In this document: piece after piece, positions 50,257 to 60,199 of the stretch
How positions within the stretch are numbered: position 1 is the first letter of the stretch
Layout of the letters: each line of letters opens with the position of its first letter
Source of the DNA: a virus
Taxonomy: Duplodnaviria > Caudoviricetes
IMG/VR virus record: IMGVR_UViG_3300039156_000048
Span: 37,756 to 101,755 of that record
Direction: 5' to 3' (one strand)
DNA length: 64,000 nucleotides
Position numbers and translations under genes: made by a program
Notes under the pieces: model-generated
Seen by the model: the letters and a program-made list of their open reading frames with translations, nothing else
What the model was told of the DNA's origin: nothing
Database searches by the model: none

Positions 50257-50466
50257 TCCTTATCTCCTTTTTTTCGTTGAACAGTTGCCGGTGCAGTTCG
50301 TTGTAGTCTATTCCTCGTGCTATAGAATTCCCCTCCTTATCAAACAGCGTGTAATAGTCTACGTCGTTGAAAATGTTGGAGACATTGATGTGCTTGACGA
50401 TTTTCGCCCCCTTGTGCTGGGTGATGAGCTTGTCTCTCCAGTGGATATCTCTTCTTGCCATCTCAA

Positions 50467-50787
50467 TCACATATTCCTGGAGAGGTCCCTGACAGTGGGC
50501 GAATCCCCGATCCACATATCACGCTCAAGGCCAAGGCCCATGAGCGGCTTCACGTTCTGCAATTCCGACAGCATTACATAACCCCATTCCGCATCTGTGA
50601 TTTTGCAGTAACCATAAAGCATCCAGTCGCCGTCTTCCTGGAGTTCCCCCTCAGTAATCAGCCAGGTGCCAAGCCCATAGGGGTTGAAATACTTGACGAT
50701 GACCCTGGCATTCATCCCCAAGCCATCCTGGGAGTGGAAGGGAAATTTCTTCAGTTCTTTTTCAATCTCTTTTGTTAGCAGTTTCAT
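50467..50787 (-). CDS. DUF2958-like protein
   Basis: LLTKE...P...QD...KYFNP.G..TW..TE...E.GY..LSEL. Confidence 0.7.
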   Translation of the reverse strand: MKLLTKEIEKELKKFPFHSQDGLGMNARVIVKYFNPYGLGTWLITEGELQEDGDWMLYGYCKITDAEWGYVMLSELQNVKPLMGLGLERDMWIGDSPTVRDLSRNM

Positions 50788-51030
50788 GTTTGTTTTCCTC
50801 CCTATAAATTATCCCTGTCTTTGATCCTGTTCACGAAGTCGTCAATGTCATAGTATTTTTCTGAAAGGCTTTCCATCCGGTTGAGCAGTAAGACGGACAA
50901 GTTACGAGAACCATCTGTCGAATAGTAGATGTAGAAACTTTGAATTGTGTTGAGATTAAAGTAACGGTCGTGCCTGTCTAATTTCCCCTTGAGCACTTCA
51001 AACATAGAATTCCTCCTTTCTTCTTGTCAT

Positions 51031-51055
51031 AAAAAAGACCCATGTCATATGGGTT
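51031..51055 (-). terminator. Putative terminator (minus strand)
   Basis: ACCCAT-gtcat-ATGGGT stem with T6 tract on the minus strand. Confidence 0.5.
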
Positions 51056-51083
51056 AGGAAACGATTATGAGACTCTATTTTTT

Positions 51084-51587
51084 TTATAAAGCATCACAAT
51101 CTTTCAGCAACTGTTCAATGTCCAAGGGAGTGTTGGTTTCCTTTACAAGCCCGTTAAGTTCTTCCGCTCCCCAAATATCCACGTTTGCACCATTCCAGTA
51201 CCATTCAGCGCCTTCGTGACACCAGTACCACAGGGTAGGTCTACTCATTGTCGCTATTAGTCTTTTGCAACCCTCATAGTCATTGTAATCAATGAACAGC
51301 CAACGCATACCAAGGTTATATAATGCTTTTAGTGACCGCTTCTGCACTTCTGTTACTCTGGGTATATGAATGATACAAGATGGCGGTCGGTGATTGACGA
51401 TTGCAACAACTTCACGGGGACTCGGTACTCGTTTGTGATCTTCAACAGCCCTAAATACATTTCCCTGTGCATCAAAATTGTAGTACTTCACTTCTTGCCA
51501 AGGTCCCTCTCTAAACCCAAATGTTTCTCCGGGCTCGGTCTCGGTGATTTTGTGCATCCGTGTTGGATAATTTCTGACTAAATCCAT
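51084..51587 (-). CDS. Hypothetical protein, paralog of the middle domain of 33692-34636
   Basis: RMH.I...EPGE.F.F...NH...II..PR.T..Q...LKAL..LG..W shared. Confidence 0.6.
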   Translation of the reverse strand: MDLVRNYPTRMHKITETEPGETFGFREGPWQEVKYYNFDAQGNVFRAVEDHKRVPSPREVVAIVNHRPPSCIIHIPRVTEVQKRSLKALYNLGMRWLFIDYNDYEGCKRLIATMSRPTLWYWCHEGAEWYWNGANVDIWGAEELNGLVKETNTPLDIEQLLKDCDAL

Positions 51588-51616
51588 TTTTCTCCTCCTT
51601 TTTTGTAACAATCCAC

Positions 51617-51639
51617 CTATCATTAGGGTACTAATGTCA
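51617..51639. promoter_or_regulatory. Palindromic site copy 5 (CTATCATTA-gggtac-TAATGTCA)
   Basis: 1 mismatch to consensus, intergenic. Confidence 0.65.
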
Positions 51640-51653
51640 GGTGAGAAAATCAG

Positions 51654-51914
51654 TCAGCAAACGAACACATCAAAATTGATTAAACAGGTACAGTTGGGGC
51701 AGATATGCTCGTCATTGACGATTGTAAACAGGTTCTCGTCTGACAGGCTGATGCCGCATTTGTCACAGCAATACAAATCAAACACACACTTCTCGCACCA
51801 ATCCTGGTTAATATCGAAGACCCAATAGACGTTTTGAAGCCCATGCCTGGAGAGACCCCCGCAGTGCTCACACTCTGAATACTCAACCCCGTCGACTATT
51901 TTTAACGGCAGCAT
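51654..51914 (-). CDS. Zinc-ribbon protein, FxC-tailed (ends DVFVC)
   Basis: Four CxxC pairs; GAT GTG TTC GTT TGC TGA; GAGG RBS. Confidence 0.7.
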   Translation of the reverse strand: MLPLKIVDGVEYSECEHCGGLSRHGLQNVYWVFDINQDWCEKCVFDLYCCDKCGISLSDENLFTIVNDEHICPNCTCLINFDVFVC

Positions 51915-52158
51915 ATATCCTCCTCTATTTTCCAGCCCAATAGATAATTCCTTCATCTATTGCAAAGAACCTTCCATCCGGGAAAATTGATTCATAGCCC
52001 AAGTAAGCACCATTCCTCATCTGCTTGCTGTCGATCACAATGTTATATTCTTTCCCATCACGCGCTCGATACCTAACCTTTTCACCCTTTTCAAAGAAAA
52101 CATCTTTCCCATTCTTCGCCCCGTGGCGTGTAACGTATAGTTTCATCAAATTCTCCTC

Positions 52159-52500
52159 CTATTCATTTAACCCCATCGCCTTATTCGCCGCTTTAATTGC
52201 TGCTTCCTTTGTGTCAAAAAGTCCCGCACTCCCATCACAAATTGCTCCAATCTGCAACATACAGTTACTGATATCGTCGCACTCAACCCAGTATCCAATT
52301 TCGTCATTGCCAAGAAGAATAAGCTTGTGTCCACAACCACACGGCATGAGCCCTGTGTTAGGATCAGGCATTCTAAAGGCTCCAAGCACACCAGCCGCTT
52401 CATCGAGTTCGCATGAGTCTTCTTCATGCCCTTGCTTTGAAAAATACCGGACAAAGCTATTGATAACCTCTACCGCTTCTGCTTTTGTCATGTTAGCCAT
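52159..52500 (-). CDS. Lar-like zinc-finger protein
   Basis: LMPCGCG...WVEC....C...EAAI.A.N.AM. Confidence 0.6.
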   Translation of the reverse strand: MANMTKAEAVEVINSFVRYFSKQGHEEDSCELDEAAGVLGAFRMPDPNTGLMPCGCGHKLILLGNDEIGYWVECDDISNCMLQIGAICDGSAGLFDTKEAAIKAANKAMGLNE

Positions 52501-52771
52501 TATCTTCCTCCTTTATTCCCCGTGAACGATTCCATTTAGCGTCTGCTTCTTCTTGTGTGTCACACCATCCTGTGTAGACACACCCCTTCACACAGGCAAC
52601 AGCCTTTTGATACCCTAAGCGGAGTCTCTCGGCTTTTGAGCCACACCCGCAAGGAGCAAGCTCGGGTTTTTTGCATTCAAATGTTATGGAATCTCCTGGT
52701 TCATTATGTAGTTCAACGGTTGCGCTGATTGTCTTAAAATCTGGATTCATACATTCGCCGTATCCATCCAT
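52493..52771 (-). CDS. Lar-like zinc-finger protein
   Basis: LAPCGCGSKA...C...C...EEA..KWNR. Confidence 0.6.
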   Translation of the reverse strand: MDGYGECMNPDFKTISATVELHNEPGDSITFECKKPELAPCGCGSKAERLRLGYQKAVACVKGCVYTGWCDTQEEADAKWNRSRGIKEEDNG

Positions 52772-53470
52772 CCATTGATTTCTCCTTCCTTATGACATAA
52801 ATCCCTGTTCCAGTTCATGAACAATAATGTGTGTGGGTTCGTCACGGTATGCCATTTGATACACCACCGTCCGAAGTTCAGCTTCTTCCCCATACATCCT
52901 TGGATCCTCCTCAATCGTAGCAATGGGGATCTCTGACCCACTCTCATCAATCAGGGTGAGCCAGATAGCAGGATAGTCCGGGTCAGGAGACGCTTCCGCT
53001 ATTAGCGTACCAAACTGCGTCTTTACTTTGATGTTTGGTATGTCCATCTTATAAATCCTCGATTCTGTATTCAAATTCCCCGTTGTCGATTGCGTCTTCA
53101 AGCGCCAGATCCTGCAACAGTTCCTCATCCGGTGAGGAGATCCAGGCTTTGTGCTTTAAAGTCACGGTTACAAGGTAGTCCTTCATGATAACATCATCCA
53201 TTTGTGATTTCTCCTCCGTTTTTATATTTGCTCCATATAGCAGGCAGAGCACAGCTCAGAGCCATAGGAATCCTCGTCCACCATCTTCTTTCCACACAAG
53301 GGACAGACCACCTCTGCCCCTTCCAGAAGTTCTATGTCATAATACATATCACCGTCTTTTTGCATCTCCATGATGGCGTCTCCAACCGCCCCCTGTTCGC
53401 AGTCAGACTCAACGTCATAGGTTTGGTCTATGTAGATGCGGACTCGGTATTTTGCCATATTTTCTCCTTT

Positions 53471-53656
53471 CTAACAGATGAACCCATCATCTATTTTTGC
53501 TCTTTCTTCTTTTATGAATAGTCTGTACTCCATTTCAGCTTCTGTATGGGTCAGGGAACAGATACTATCTGTGGTATATCGGAACGCTTCCTCCAGTGCC
53601 TTTCCTCGGTCTGATGCCCAGAATGCTTCCCAGTCAATCTCTATGGTTGGTAGCAC
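53471..53656 (-). CDS. Hypothetical protein, FxC-tailed (ends DGFIC)
   Basis: GAT GGG TTC ATC TGT TAG. Confidence 0.65.
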   Translation of the reverse strand: MLPTIEIDWEAFWASDRGKALEEAFRYTTDSICSLTHTEAEMEYRLFIKEERAKIDDGFIC

Positions 53657-53668
53657 TATAACCCCCCT

Positions 53669-53788
53669 TTAACATATAAATTTGTCTTCCGGTTCTGTAT
53701 CGGTTTCGGTTTCCCCATATTGTATAAACTTTGCATAAAATTCTTGAAGAAGGGCGCATACATTACGAGTAGGATCATAAGTCGGCAT
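53669..53788 (-). CDS. 39-aa ORF absent from the ORF track, FxC-tailed (MPTYDPTRNVCALLQEFYAKFIQYGETETDTEPEDKFIC)
   Basis: GAAGGAG RBS, fills the gap between neighbours, GAC AAA TTT ATA TGT TAA. Confidence 0.7.
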   Translation of the reverse strand: MPTYDPTRNVCALLQEFYAKFIQYGETETDTEPEDKFIC

Positions 53789-53800
53789 ATTTTCTCCTTC

Positions 53801-54124
53801 CTAACATCTGAAAATTTCTTCATCATCATCATCGTCAAGGGCAACATAGGTACAATATCTAACAGGGTTATCATTCCCAAATCTGAAGATAAAGTATCTG
53901 TATTTGTAGTCGTAATAGAGCTCTTCAAACCCGTCAACTTCATGCAGCATTTCCATATAACCCACAGCAGAAGCGCTTTTATTTTTAATGGTGGATGTCC
54001 TTAGCCTTTCTGAATTAAAGATATTCCCTCTGTCTCCCTGTATCCAAGCATCATCAAGTACGCGGCAGATTACATCAAAGTCTTTTGAATAGCTGACCCC
54101 CTTTACATACCTTGTGTTCAACAT
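53801..54124 (-). CDS. Hypothetical protein, FxC-tailed (ends EIFRC)
   Basis: GGAGGTGA RBS before MLNTRY; GAA ATT TTC AGA TGT TAG. Confidence 0.7.
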   Translation of the reverse strand: MLNTRYVKGVSYSKDFDVICRVLDDAWIQGDRGNIFNSERLRTSTIKNKSASAVGYMEMLHEVDGFEELYYDYKYRYFIFRFGNDNPVRYCTYVALDDDDDEEIFRC

Positions 54125-54135
54125 AAACTCACCTC

Positions 54136-54447
54136 CTAACATTTGAAATGATCGCCTTCTTTGACCACCCGGAAAAGAGCATAGCACACAGGGAAATTCC
54201 CCTTTCCCAGAAGCCATTCCTTGTTTATATCCCAGCAATATTCTGTGAGGAAATGCTTCGAGACAGCCTCAAACCATGTAAGGGGAGGGGCAGAATTGAT
54301 CTTCTGTCTCCACTTGTCAGCCAGGTCGCTGATAACGCGCTGCATTCTTCCCCAGTTCCATTCGGACTCAATCAGACAATAGTCGCCGCCATTATACTTG
54401 CCGAACACCGCGACTTCCTGGAGCTTCTCTCCATCCAAATCCTTCAT
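54136..54447 (-). CDS. Hypothetical protein, FxC-tailed (ends DHFKC)
   Basis: AGGAGG RBS; GAT CAT TTC AAA TGT TAG. Confidence 0.7.
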   Translation of the reverse strand: MKDLDGEKLQEVAVFGKYNGGDYCLIESEWNWGRMQRVISDLADKWRQKINSAPPLTWFEAVSKHFLTEYCWDINKEWLLGKGNFPVCYALFRVVKEGDHFKC

Positions 54448-54462
54448 AATTCCTCCTTGTCT

Positions 54463-54780
54463 TCAGCATAGAAAATAATCTTCCCTTTTGGAGAGAGCGA
54501 ACAAGGTAAACCGTTGAAATTCTTCAACGAGAGCGCCGGTTTCGTCCGCATTGTAGTAGGTTTTACCAGGAACTATAGAATCAAAGAAAAAATCGGACAA
54601 GGGAAAATCAAGTCTGGCAGTCTCTCTACGGAACTTTTCCAGGTAAATGTTGACAACATGGTCCTGACCCCAGGTTTCCATAACCCTTTTGCATTGGGCG
54701 ATTTGATTCGGGGCCCAGTAGAAGATTTTGAGCAATTTCCACAATCTTCCTTTGCCGTCCACATAATTATTCGATGGCAT
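54463..54780 (-). CDS. Hypothetical protein, FxC-tailed (ends DYFLC)
   Basis: AGGAGG RBS before MPSNNY; GAT TAT TTT CTA TGC TGA. Confidence 0.7.
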   Translation of the reverse strand: MPSNNYVDGKGRLWKLLKIFYWAPNQIAQCKRVMETWGQDHVVNIYLEKFRRETARLDFPLSDFFFDSIVPGKTYYNADETGALVEEFQRFTLFALSKREDYFLC

Positions 54781-54791
54781 TTTCCTCCTTT

Positions 54792-55148
54792 CTAACACTT
54801 GAACGTCTCTGTGCCCTGGTCTGTTTTCTCCACGGAATAAAGGGAGTAGAATCGCCTATAGGGTGGAGTTGTGTAAGGATAATATCTCAGGAGGTATTTG
54901 TTGTCCTCGACAAATGCATCTGCCCAACACCCGCACATATCTGACGATATCTCATCGTAGGAAAGACCCTGGTTGTAGGGGTTTATCCTTTGTTCATAGA
55001 AATATTCTATTAATTCGTATACAGCCCGTTGACAGTTCCCAAGTGGATCGGAAAGAGTATCAAGGAAGTCAAGCATGGCTGTTTCAGTATATGGAATTGT
55101 TATGAGGTGTCGATAATTCCAAGACAAATGGTCGTCATATGGCGGCAT
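54792..55148 (-). CDS. Hypothetical protein, FxC-tailed (ends ETFKC)
   Basis: Start MPPYDD overlaps the PcfJ gene end; GAG ACG TTC AAG TGT TAG. Confidence 0.7.
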   Translation of the reverse strand: MPPYDDHLSWNYRHLITIPYTETAMLDFLDTLSDPLGNCQRAVYELIEYFYEQRINPYNQGLSYDEISSDMCGCWADAFVEDNKYLLRYYPYTTPPYRRFYSLYSVEKTDQGTETFKC

Positions 55149-56406
55149 CTTCCTTTTCTCCTTTCTTATCATCCTTCTGGACTTTCGCCACCCATCGCTT
55201 GATGAACGCATTCATTTTCTCGTTGGACACGGGGGAGTTACAGGCCAACCTTGCCTGTCGGAGGGTCATGTCATCAGGGAAGAGTTCAAGGGTCACAAGG
55301 GAACGGTCAGGAGCACGTTTGCTCCGCATGAACATCACAATGGAGTGCCCTGAGATGATCGACCGGATATAGGAGCCGACACAGTTACGCTGCTGGATTC
55401 CTTCATTGATTAGATCTTCAGCAGACTTTGGTGCGATGATGATGTATTCATCTTCCTCATACTCAAATCGTTTCAGTTTTTCTGCGATGGCATCAAACTT
55501 ATCATTGTCGATTTTGTTGCGGACGGAACTGAAATTCCGCTGCATTACATCATGCTCCCGTTTCAAGCTGTTGCTGTCCAGCCTGGGCTCCACCTCACAT
55601 TGTCGGCACATGGACAGGTAATCAGACAGCAAGTCAATGCCATCGTCTAAGCGAATAGCCTGATAAATATCAAGGCGGTCAAGGTAGGACAGGAGTGTTG
55701 GCAGGGTATAGTGGCCGGTGTTCAGGATGCTCTTTACTTTGCGGAGGATGATTCCCCATGAACTGTATTGAACATCCCGCATTGAAATCAACGCATCAAA
55801 GTTCTCCTTTGTATTGGCATACTTCCCAGCCGTGATACGAAACTCATTCCATGCCGAAATCGAGTCAATGTTTCTTATAAACTCAGAAGACAGGATATAA
55901 GGAGGAAGCCCTGTAATTTCCCTTAAGGATTTTCCTTTCTTAAAATTCCGCTTTAGTAACTCAAACACATTGTCCGGGCTTCTGTACCCCACAACCATCG
56001 AGTGAAAAACCCGCACAATCCCGGCTTTAACCACCTGTTCTATCCCGGGAACAAGGCTATATAGTTTATAATATCGAACGCTTGCAATTTTATCGGTATT
56101 CAAGTTACCATAAAAGTACCTTCGATGGGCGTTGGTTTCCCCAACGTTTCTTTTATATTCTTCAAGTCCGGAATAGGGGTACTTCTTGGCAAGCTCCTCC
56201 AAGAAAAAATCAACAGCCTCGATTGATATGGGGGATCCCTCACGACCATAGCCCGTGTTTTGATGGATATCGGTGGGTTTCTTCGCATCTTCAAACATTT
56301 TTCTCAATCTTTGGAGCTGTCCAATAATCTCCCGTTCACGGGTACCAATTCTGGGGTCTCCCTTATAGTATGGGGAAAGATTGCCATTCATGACCAGTTC
56401 ACTCAT
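55135..56406 (-). CDS. PcfJ-domain protein
   Basis: DYL.M...P...LK.EHD; DL..EG..Q.NCVGSY; F.R....P..S.VT.E. Confidence 0.8.
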   Translation of the reverse strand: MSELVMNGNLSPYYKGDPRIGTREREIIGQLQRLRKMFEDAKKPTDIHQNTGYGREGSPISIEAVDFFLEELAKKYPYSGLEEYKRNVGETNAHRRYFYGNLNTDKIASVRYYKLYSLVPGIEQVVKAGIVRVFHSMVVGYRSPDNVFELLKRNFKKGKSLREITGLPPYILSSEFIRNIDSISAWNEFRITAGKYANTKENFDALISMRDVQYSSWGIILRKVKSILNTGHYTLPTLLSYLDRLDIYQAIRLDDGIDLLSDYLSMCRQCEVEPRLDSNSLKREHDVMQRNFSSVRNKIDNDKFDAIAEKLKRFEYEEDEYIIIAPKSAEDLINEGIQQRNCVGSYIRSIISGHSIVMFMRSKRAPDRSLVTLELFPDDMTLRQARLACNSPVSNEKMNAFIKRWVAKVQKDDKKGEKEDAAI

Positions 56407-56432
56407 TTTTGTTACGCTCCTTTGTTATTTAT

Positions 56433-58274
56433 TCAAGCTATTACTGGTTCTTGTACAGGTTCCTCGCTAACAGGCTCCTCTTCTTCTTCTGCTGCCAAGC
56501 GTTCCGCTTCCGCTTCCTCATAGCACCTTGGGCACATCCCGTCATACCTCTCCATTTCAGAGTAGGGCCTGACCTCTCCGCACTCACTGCATGTATAGAT
56601 ACAATCGTTGCAGTAGAACTCACCATCAATCTCGGTCACATCATCGACGGAGACATCCTCATCACAGCCATGGCAGCAGGTAAAGAGCTCGTTGTAGCAG
56701 TCCTCACAATACCAGTCACCGTTATTCTCATTCTCCATCATATTATCTATATGATAGTCTTCTTCACAGTGACTGCACATGGTAAACCTATTATCGTAAC
56801 AGTCATCGCAATACCACTCATCATCAGGCCCCATCCGGCCATTATCATCCTCTGTACAAACATAGATGTTGCAGCCGTAGCACTGCCTATAGTAACGGTC
56901 ATAGCAGTGGTCACAGACCCAGGCTTCCCCATTTGTCGTGTCTATGTGGTGGGAATCATCCCGTGCATAGAAACCCTGGCAGTACTCGCACTCTACATCT
57001 TCTTCTTCATCATCCTCGGGTTGATCTTCCCGCCTGTTCCCCTTGCACCACTCACAGGAGAGACCGTCCGAAGTTTGAATTGTATGGTTTCCGCATTTGA
57101 TACAGAAGGGCTTCTTCCCCGCAGTAAAGTGGAGGGAACCGGCATAACCCTCACGAAAACCAGCGGAGTCGCCGGTGCTGCTGAAGCGGTCATAGTCCGG
57201 ATAATGCAGGTCATCTTCCTGTACGACATAGGCCGAGGCCGTTCTCCACCCGTAACCCAATGATTCCGTCACTTCTCCCTTGAACACATCTGTCAGCAAA
57301 GTTTCTGTTGTTTCTTTGAACATCTTCCGGTAGACTTCGTTTTCCGCATAAGGGTAGATCCTGGAAGCAAAGTAGGAGAGCTCATTGTTGTTGATGAAGA
57401 CAACCCGCCTTGCGATCTTGGGCTTGAGGGTAATCTCTTCGTCTGTTGTCTTTTCCGGAACGACGAAGCTGATGGTGGTCATCTTGTCCACCATGTAGGA
57501 GAGACATCCCGCCTTGTAACAGCCCCCATGAGTCCCATCGCTTCTGGAGATATGCGGGGCGATGATATGACAGCTTGTCCATGAATTCCCGTAGGACATC
57601 AGCAGGTAATCCGCAGGATTCACAGAAAGAAGGAAGCGATAGTTCCGCTTCTGGAGTGCCAGCGACTCTGTCCATTCCGTATACCGCCGTTCAATATCAC
57701 CCAGGGCCATGATCGTCGGGCTGAAGCTTTCAATCAGCTTCTTAAACAAGCGGCTGTATTTCATACCTTTTTGGACTCTGGTATATCCAAGAGGTTCCTT
57801 TATCAAGGCCAACTCCTCTTCGGATTCGGCGGTCTCATTTTGGAACAGTGGCTTTGGATAGTCTAAAGATAAGGTTCCATAGCTTGATTTCTTGAGCAAG
57901 TCAATGACGGTGTTCAGGTCAACCTGGTCTCCCCCCTCAGAAAAGTAGCCAATTGTGTCCAGCAGGGTCTGATACGCCGACATCCTTTCGCCTTCTGACT
58001 TCATGTAGGAATAATCCACCGGGATTGACAGGCGCAGCATTTCCTCATCCCAGTATTTGGATTTCCGCAAGGACTGGATGAGAGAATATTTATTCTCTAC
58101 CCACAGGTGTGCATTTGCTTTGACTCCTTCGTCTGCCTCGATCCCAGTAAACTCAAAAACCTCGTTCATGAATTTGACCGCTTTATCTTCCAGTTCCAGG
58201 ATATCCTTCTCCCTTGTCTTCTCCCTTGTCTTCTCCACCTGTTCCGGTACGATTTCTTCAACCAATTCAATCAT
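56433..58274 (-). CDS. Large hypothetical protein with C-terminal tandem zinc ribbons
   Basis: N-domain paralogous to 48360-49571; about 12 CxxC motifs in the acidic C-terminal region. Confidence 0.75.
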   Translation of the reverse strand: MIELVEEIVPEQVEKTREKTREKDILELEDKAVKFMNEVFEFTGIEADEGVKANAHLWVENKYSLIQSLRKSKYWDEEMLRLSIPVDYSYMKSEGERMSAYQTLLDTIGYFSEGGDQVDLNTVIDLLKKSSYGTLSLDYPKPLFQNETAESEEELALIKEPLGYTRVQKGMKYSRLFKKLIESFSPTIMALGDIERRYTEWTESLALQKRNYRFLLSVNPADYLLMSYGNSWTSCHIIAPHISRSDGTHGGCYKAGCLSYMVDKMTTISFVVPEKTTDEEITLKPKIARRVVFINNNELSYFASRIYPYAENEVYRKMFKETTETLLTDVFKGEVTESLGYGWRTASAYVVQEDDLHYPDYDRFSSTGDSAGFREGYAGSLHFTAGKKPFCIKCGNHTIQTSDGLSCEWCKGNRREDQPEDDEEEDVECEYCQGFYARDDSHHIDTTNGEAWVCDHCYDRYYRQCYGCNIYVCTEDDNGRMGPDDEWYCDDCYDNRFTMCSHCEEDYHIDNMMENENNGDWYCEDCYNELFTCCHGCDEDVSVDDVTEIDGEFYCNDCIYTCSECGEVRPYSEMERYDGMCPRCYEEAEAERLAAEEEEEPVSEEPVQEPVIA

Positions 58275-58298
58275 TTTGTTATCTCCTTTTGTTATTTG

Positions 58299-59435
58299 TT
58301 ATAACCTGATGGGGTATGCCCAATAGTCTTCCAGAACTTCCCGTACTGCGCCTGCCACATCTTCGACAACAATGTCTCCGACCCAGTAGCTTGTGAGTTT
58401 GTAGATCAGGAGACGGCATTCCTGCATCATGTAGTCCTCGTCCAATTCCAGTTCGTCGAATTGCTCTTCCTCTTCATCTTCAAAGGGAACCTCATCTACT
58501 GGCCTGGGTTTCTGAACCGGTGCTGTCGTAGCTGGCGGAACTGCCCCAGTTGTCAGCTTGGGAACCGTTCCGCTTGTCGGAAGCGTCGTCGCCGGGGCGG
58601 GAGCCCCTTTCATGAAGTTCTTCCCGCCGTTCCAGTATTCATCATCATCATAGTCATCATATTTCTCCCACCAGCGGGAGCCGGCATACTTGCTCTTGTA
58701 GGTATAGATGACCGCATCATAAGCGTAGGCGCTGTTGCTGCGCTCATCCGTAACAAGTCTGCCAATGGCGTCGACAGTTTTCTTCATATCTGAAACCCGG
58801 ACATACTCGCTGTTGGTATGCGGCCTGAAGTACCCGCTGGATAGATTGACCGCCGCCCTGTCCAGATAGGGAGCGATGATGCTGATATCAGAGAAGGTTC
58901 CGAAGGTTTCCTTATAGCCCGTGGCTTCTGTCACCAGTTCCGCGAATGATACATTCCCACAGTCATAGAACACCGCGTCATTGTCTCCCTGTCTATCTGC
59001 TTCGATAATGAAGTTGACTTTTGGCATGATTTTTGATCGGGTAAAAGCAGTCGCACCACCACCGCCTGTTTCCTCATCATGGGTAAAGAGGATGTGGCAG
59101 TCATGGGTTTTGAGCACCTGCATATTGATCCATACCCCAGCCCTGTCATCTCCGCCGATGCCTTGGGGGGCCATCATAAATTCCCCATCCCTTGACTTGC
59201 AGACAGTCGGCAGGTCCTTGTGAACTGTGTCAAGGTGGCACACCAGCAAAACCGGAAGAGTGCCAGGAACATACAGGAACTCATCTGTGCTGATGACCTT
59301 TTTGCCGTTGAGAATGAATACCTTCTTCAGATAGTCGTGCAGATCGTTCTGTGCGAGCTCAAAGATGAGGTCAATGTTGGCTTCATAATTCCCCGTTGTT
59401 GATTGTGCCTGCTTTTGTGTTTTGTTCTTACTCAT
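58299..59435 (-). CDS. M28/M20-like zinc exopeptidase
   Basis: HLDTVH, GGDDRAG, DEE.G..G, GTFSDI, NLS.GY..PHT..E. Confidence 0.8.
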   Translation of the reverse strand: MSKNKTQKQAQSTTGNYEANIDLIFELAQNDLHDYLKKVFILNGKKVISTDEFLYVPGTLPVLLVCHLDTVHKDLPTVCKSRDGEFMMAPQGIGGDDRAGVWINMQVLKTHDCHILFTHDEETGGGGATAFTRSKIMPKVNFIIEADRQGDNDAVFYDCGNVSFAELVTEATGYKETFGTFSDISIIAPYLDRAAVNLSSGYFRPHTNSEYVRVSDMKKTVDAIGRLVTDERSNSAYAYDAVIYTYKSKYAGSRWWEKYDDYDDDEYWNGGKNFMKGAPAPATTLPTSGTVPKLTTGAVPPATTAPVQKPRPVDEVPFEDEEEEQFDELELDEDYMMQECRLLIYKLTSYWVGDIVVEDVAGAVREVLEDYWAYPIRL

Positions 59436-59444
59436 ATCTTCTCC

Positions 59445-59780
59445 TTATGCTCCCTGTGCCAGTTGTACTTGTTGTTCCGCGATTCGAGCTGCCTGTTCCT
59501 GTTCCTGTTTTTCCTGATCTTCCTTGAGTGAAATTTCTCTTACCTCCAGCATCTTTTTGTTAAACCGGTTGTAATCAACCCCTGGTTGGATGAAGTGCTT
59601 CTGGGCGTAGCCGTCAATCTTTTTCAAGACCAGCCACAGGTAAGGCATCTTTTTTCCTTTGTACTCTTTGATCTTTCGCTTGACGAAAGGCAGGTTCCCG
59701 TAGTCTTCGGAGAACATGACCATCTCAATGGCTTCGTTGAGCCCCAGTTCCGGAATCAGTTCAGCAATTGGTTTCCCCAT
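59445..59780 (-). CDS. Hypothetical protein
   Basis: AGGAG RBS before MGKPIAEL; track start at 60110 is doubtful. Confidence 0.55.
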   Translation of the reverse strand: MGKPIAELIPELGLNEAIEMVMFSEDYGNLPFVKRKIKEYKGKKMPYLWLVLKKIDGYAQKHFIQPGVDYNRFNKKMLEVREISLKEDQEKQEQEQAARIAEQQVQLAQGA

Positions 59781-60199
59781 TTTGTTTTCTCCTTTTGTTA
59801 AATTTGTTTGTGGGTCAAAGATTGTCGGGGAGGGACAGTAGAGGTCGTCGTCGTTGTAGAGGTAGTAGGTGAAACTCCTGGGCCATAACCCTGAGACTCT
59901 GGACGGAATCAAGGGATCATATTCCTGATTGAATAAGGCACGTTCATGATTTATCGTCCAAGTAACGCTGCCATTGTGCGAAATCCTGAATTCATTGGTT
60001 GAAAAAGATATCCCGTCAGGAGTAAAAGAAATTCTAGTACAATCTATTGAAGAGGACGTGTCGATTCTCAGTTCAGCAGGGTTGATTGGTTGCGATATGA
60101 ATGGCGGCATCAGGAGTCATCAAAGGCATTTTGGATCAAAGCACAGCAAAGCATAGCCTTCTCCTTCTGAATTATTAGGTTTTATCAGGTTATTTTAGA

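Noticed and set aside
56409-57263. Long plus-strand ORFs opposite early genes (e.g. 284 aa here, 183 aa at 28018)
   Set aside because: Antisense shadows of well-supported minus-strand genes
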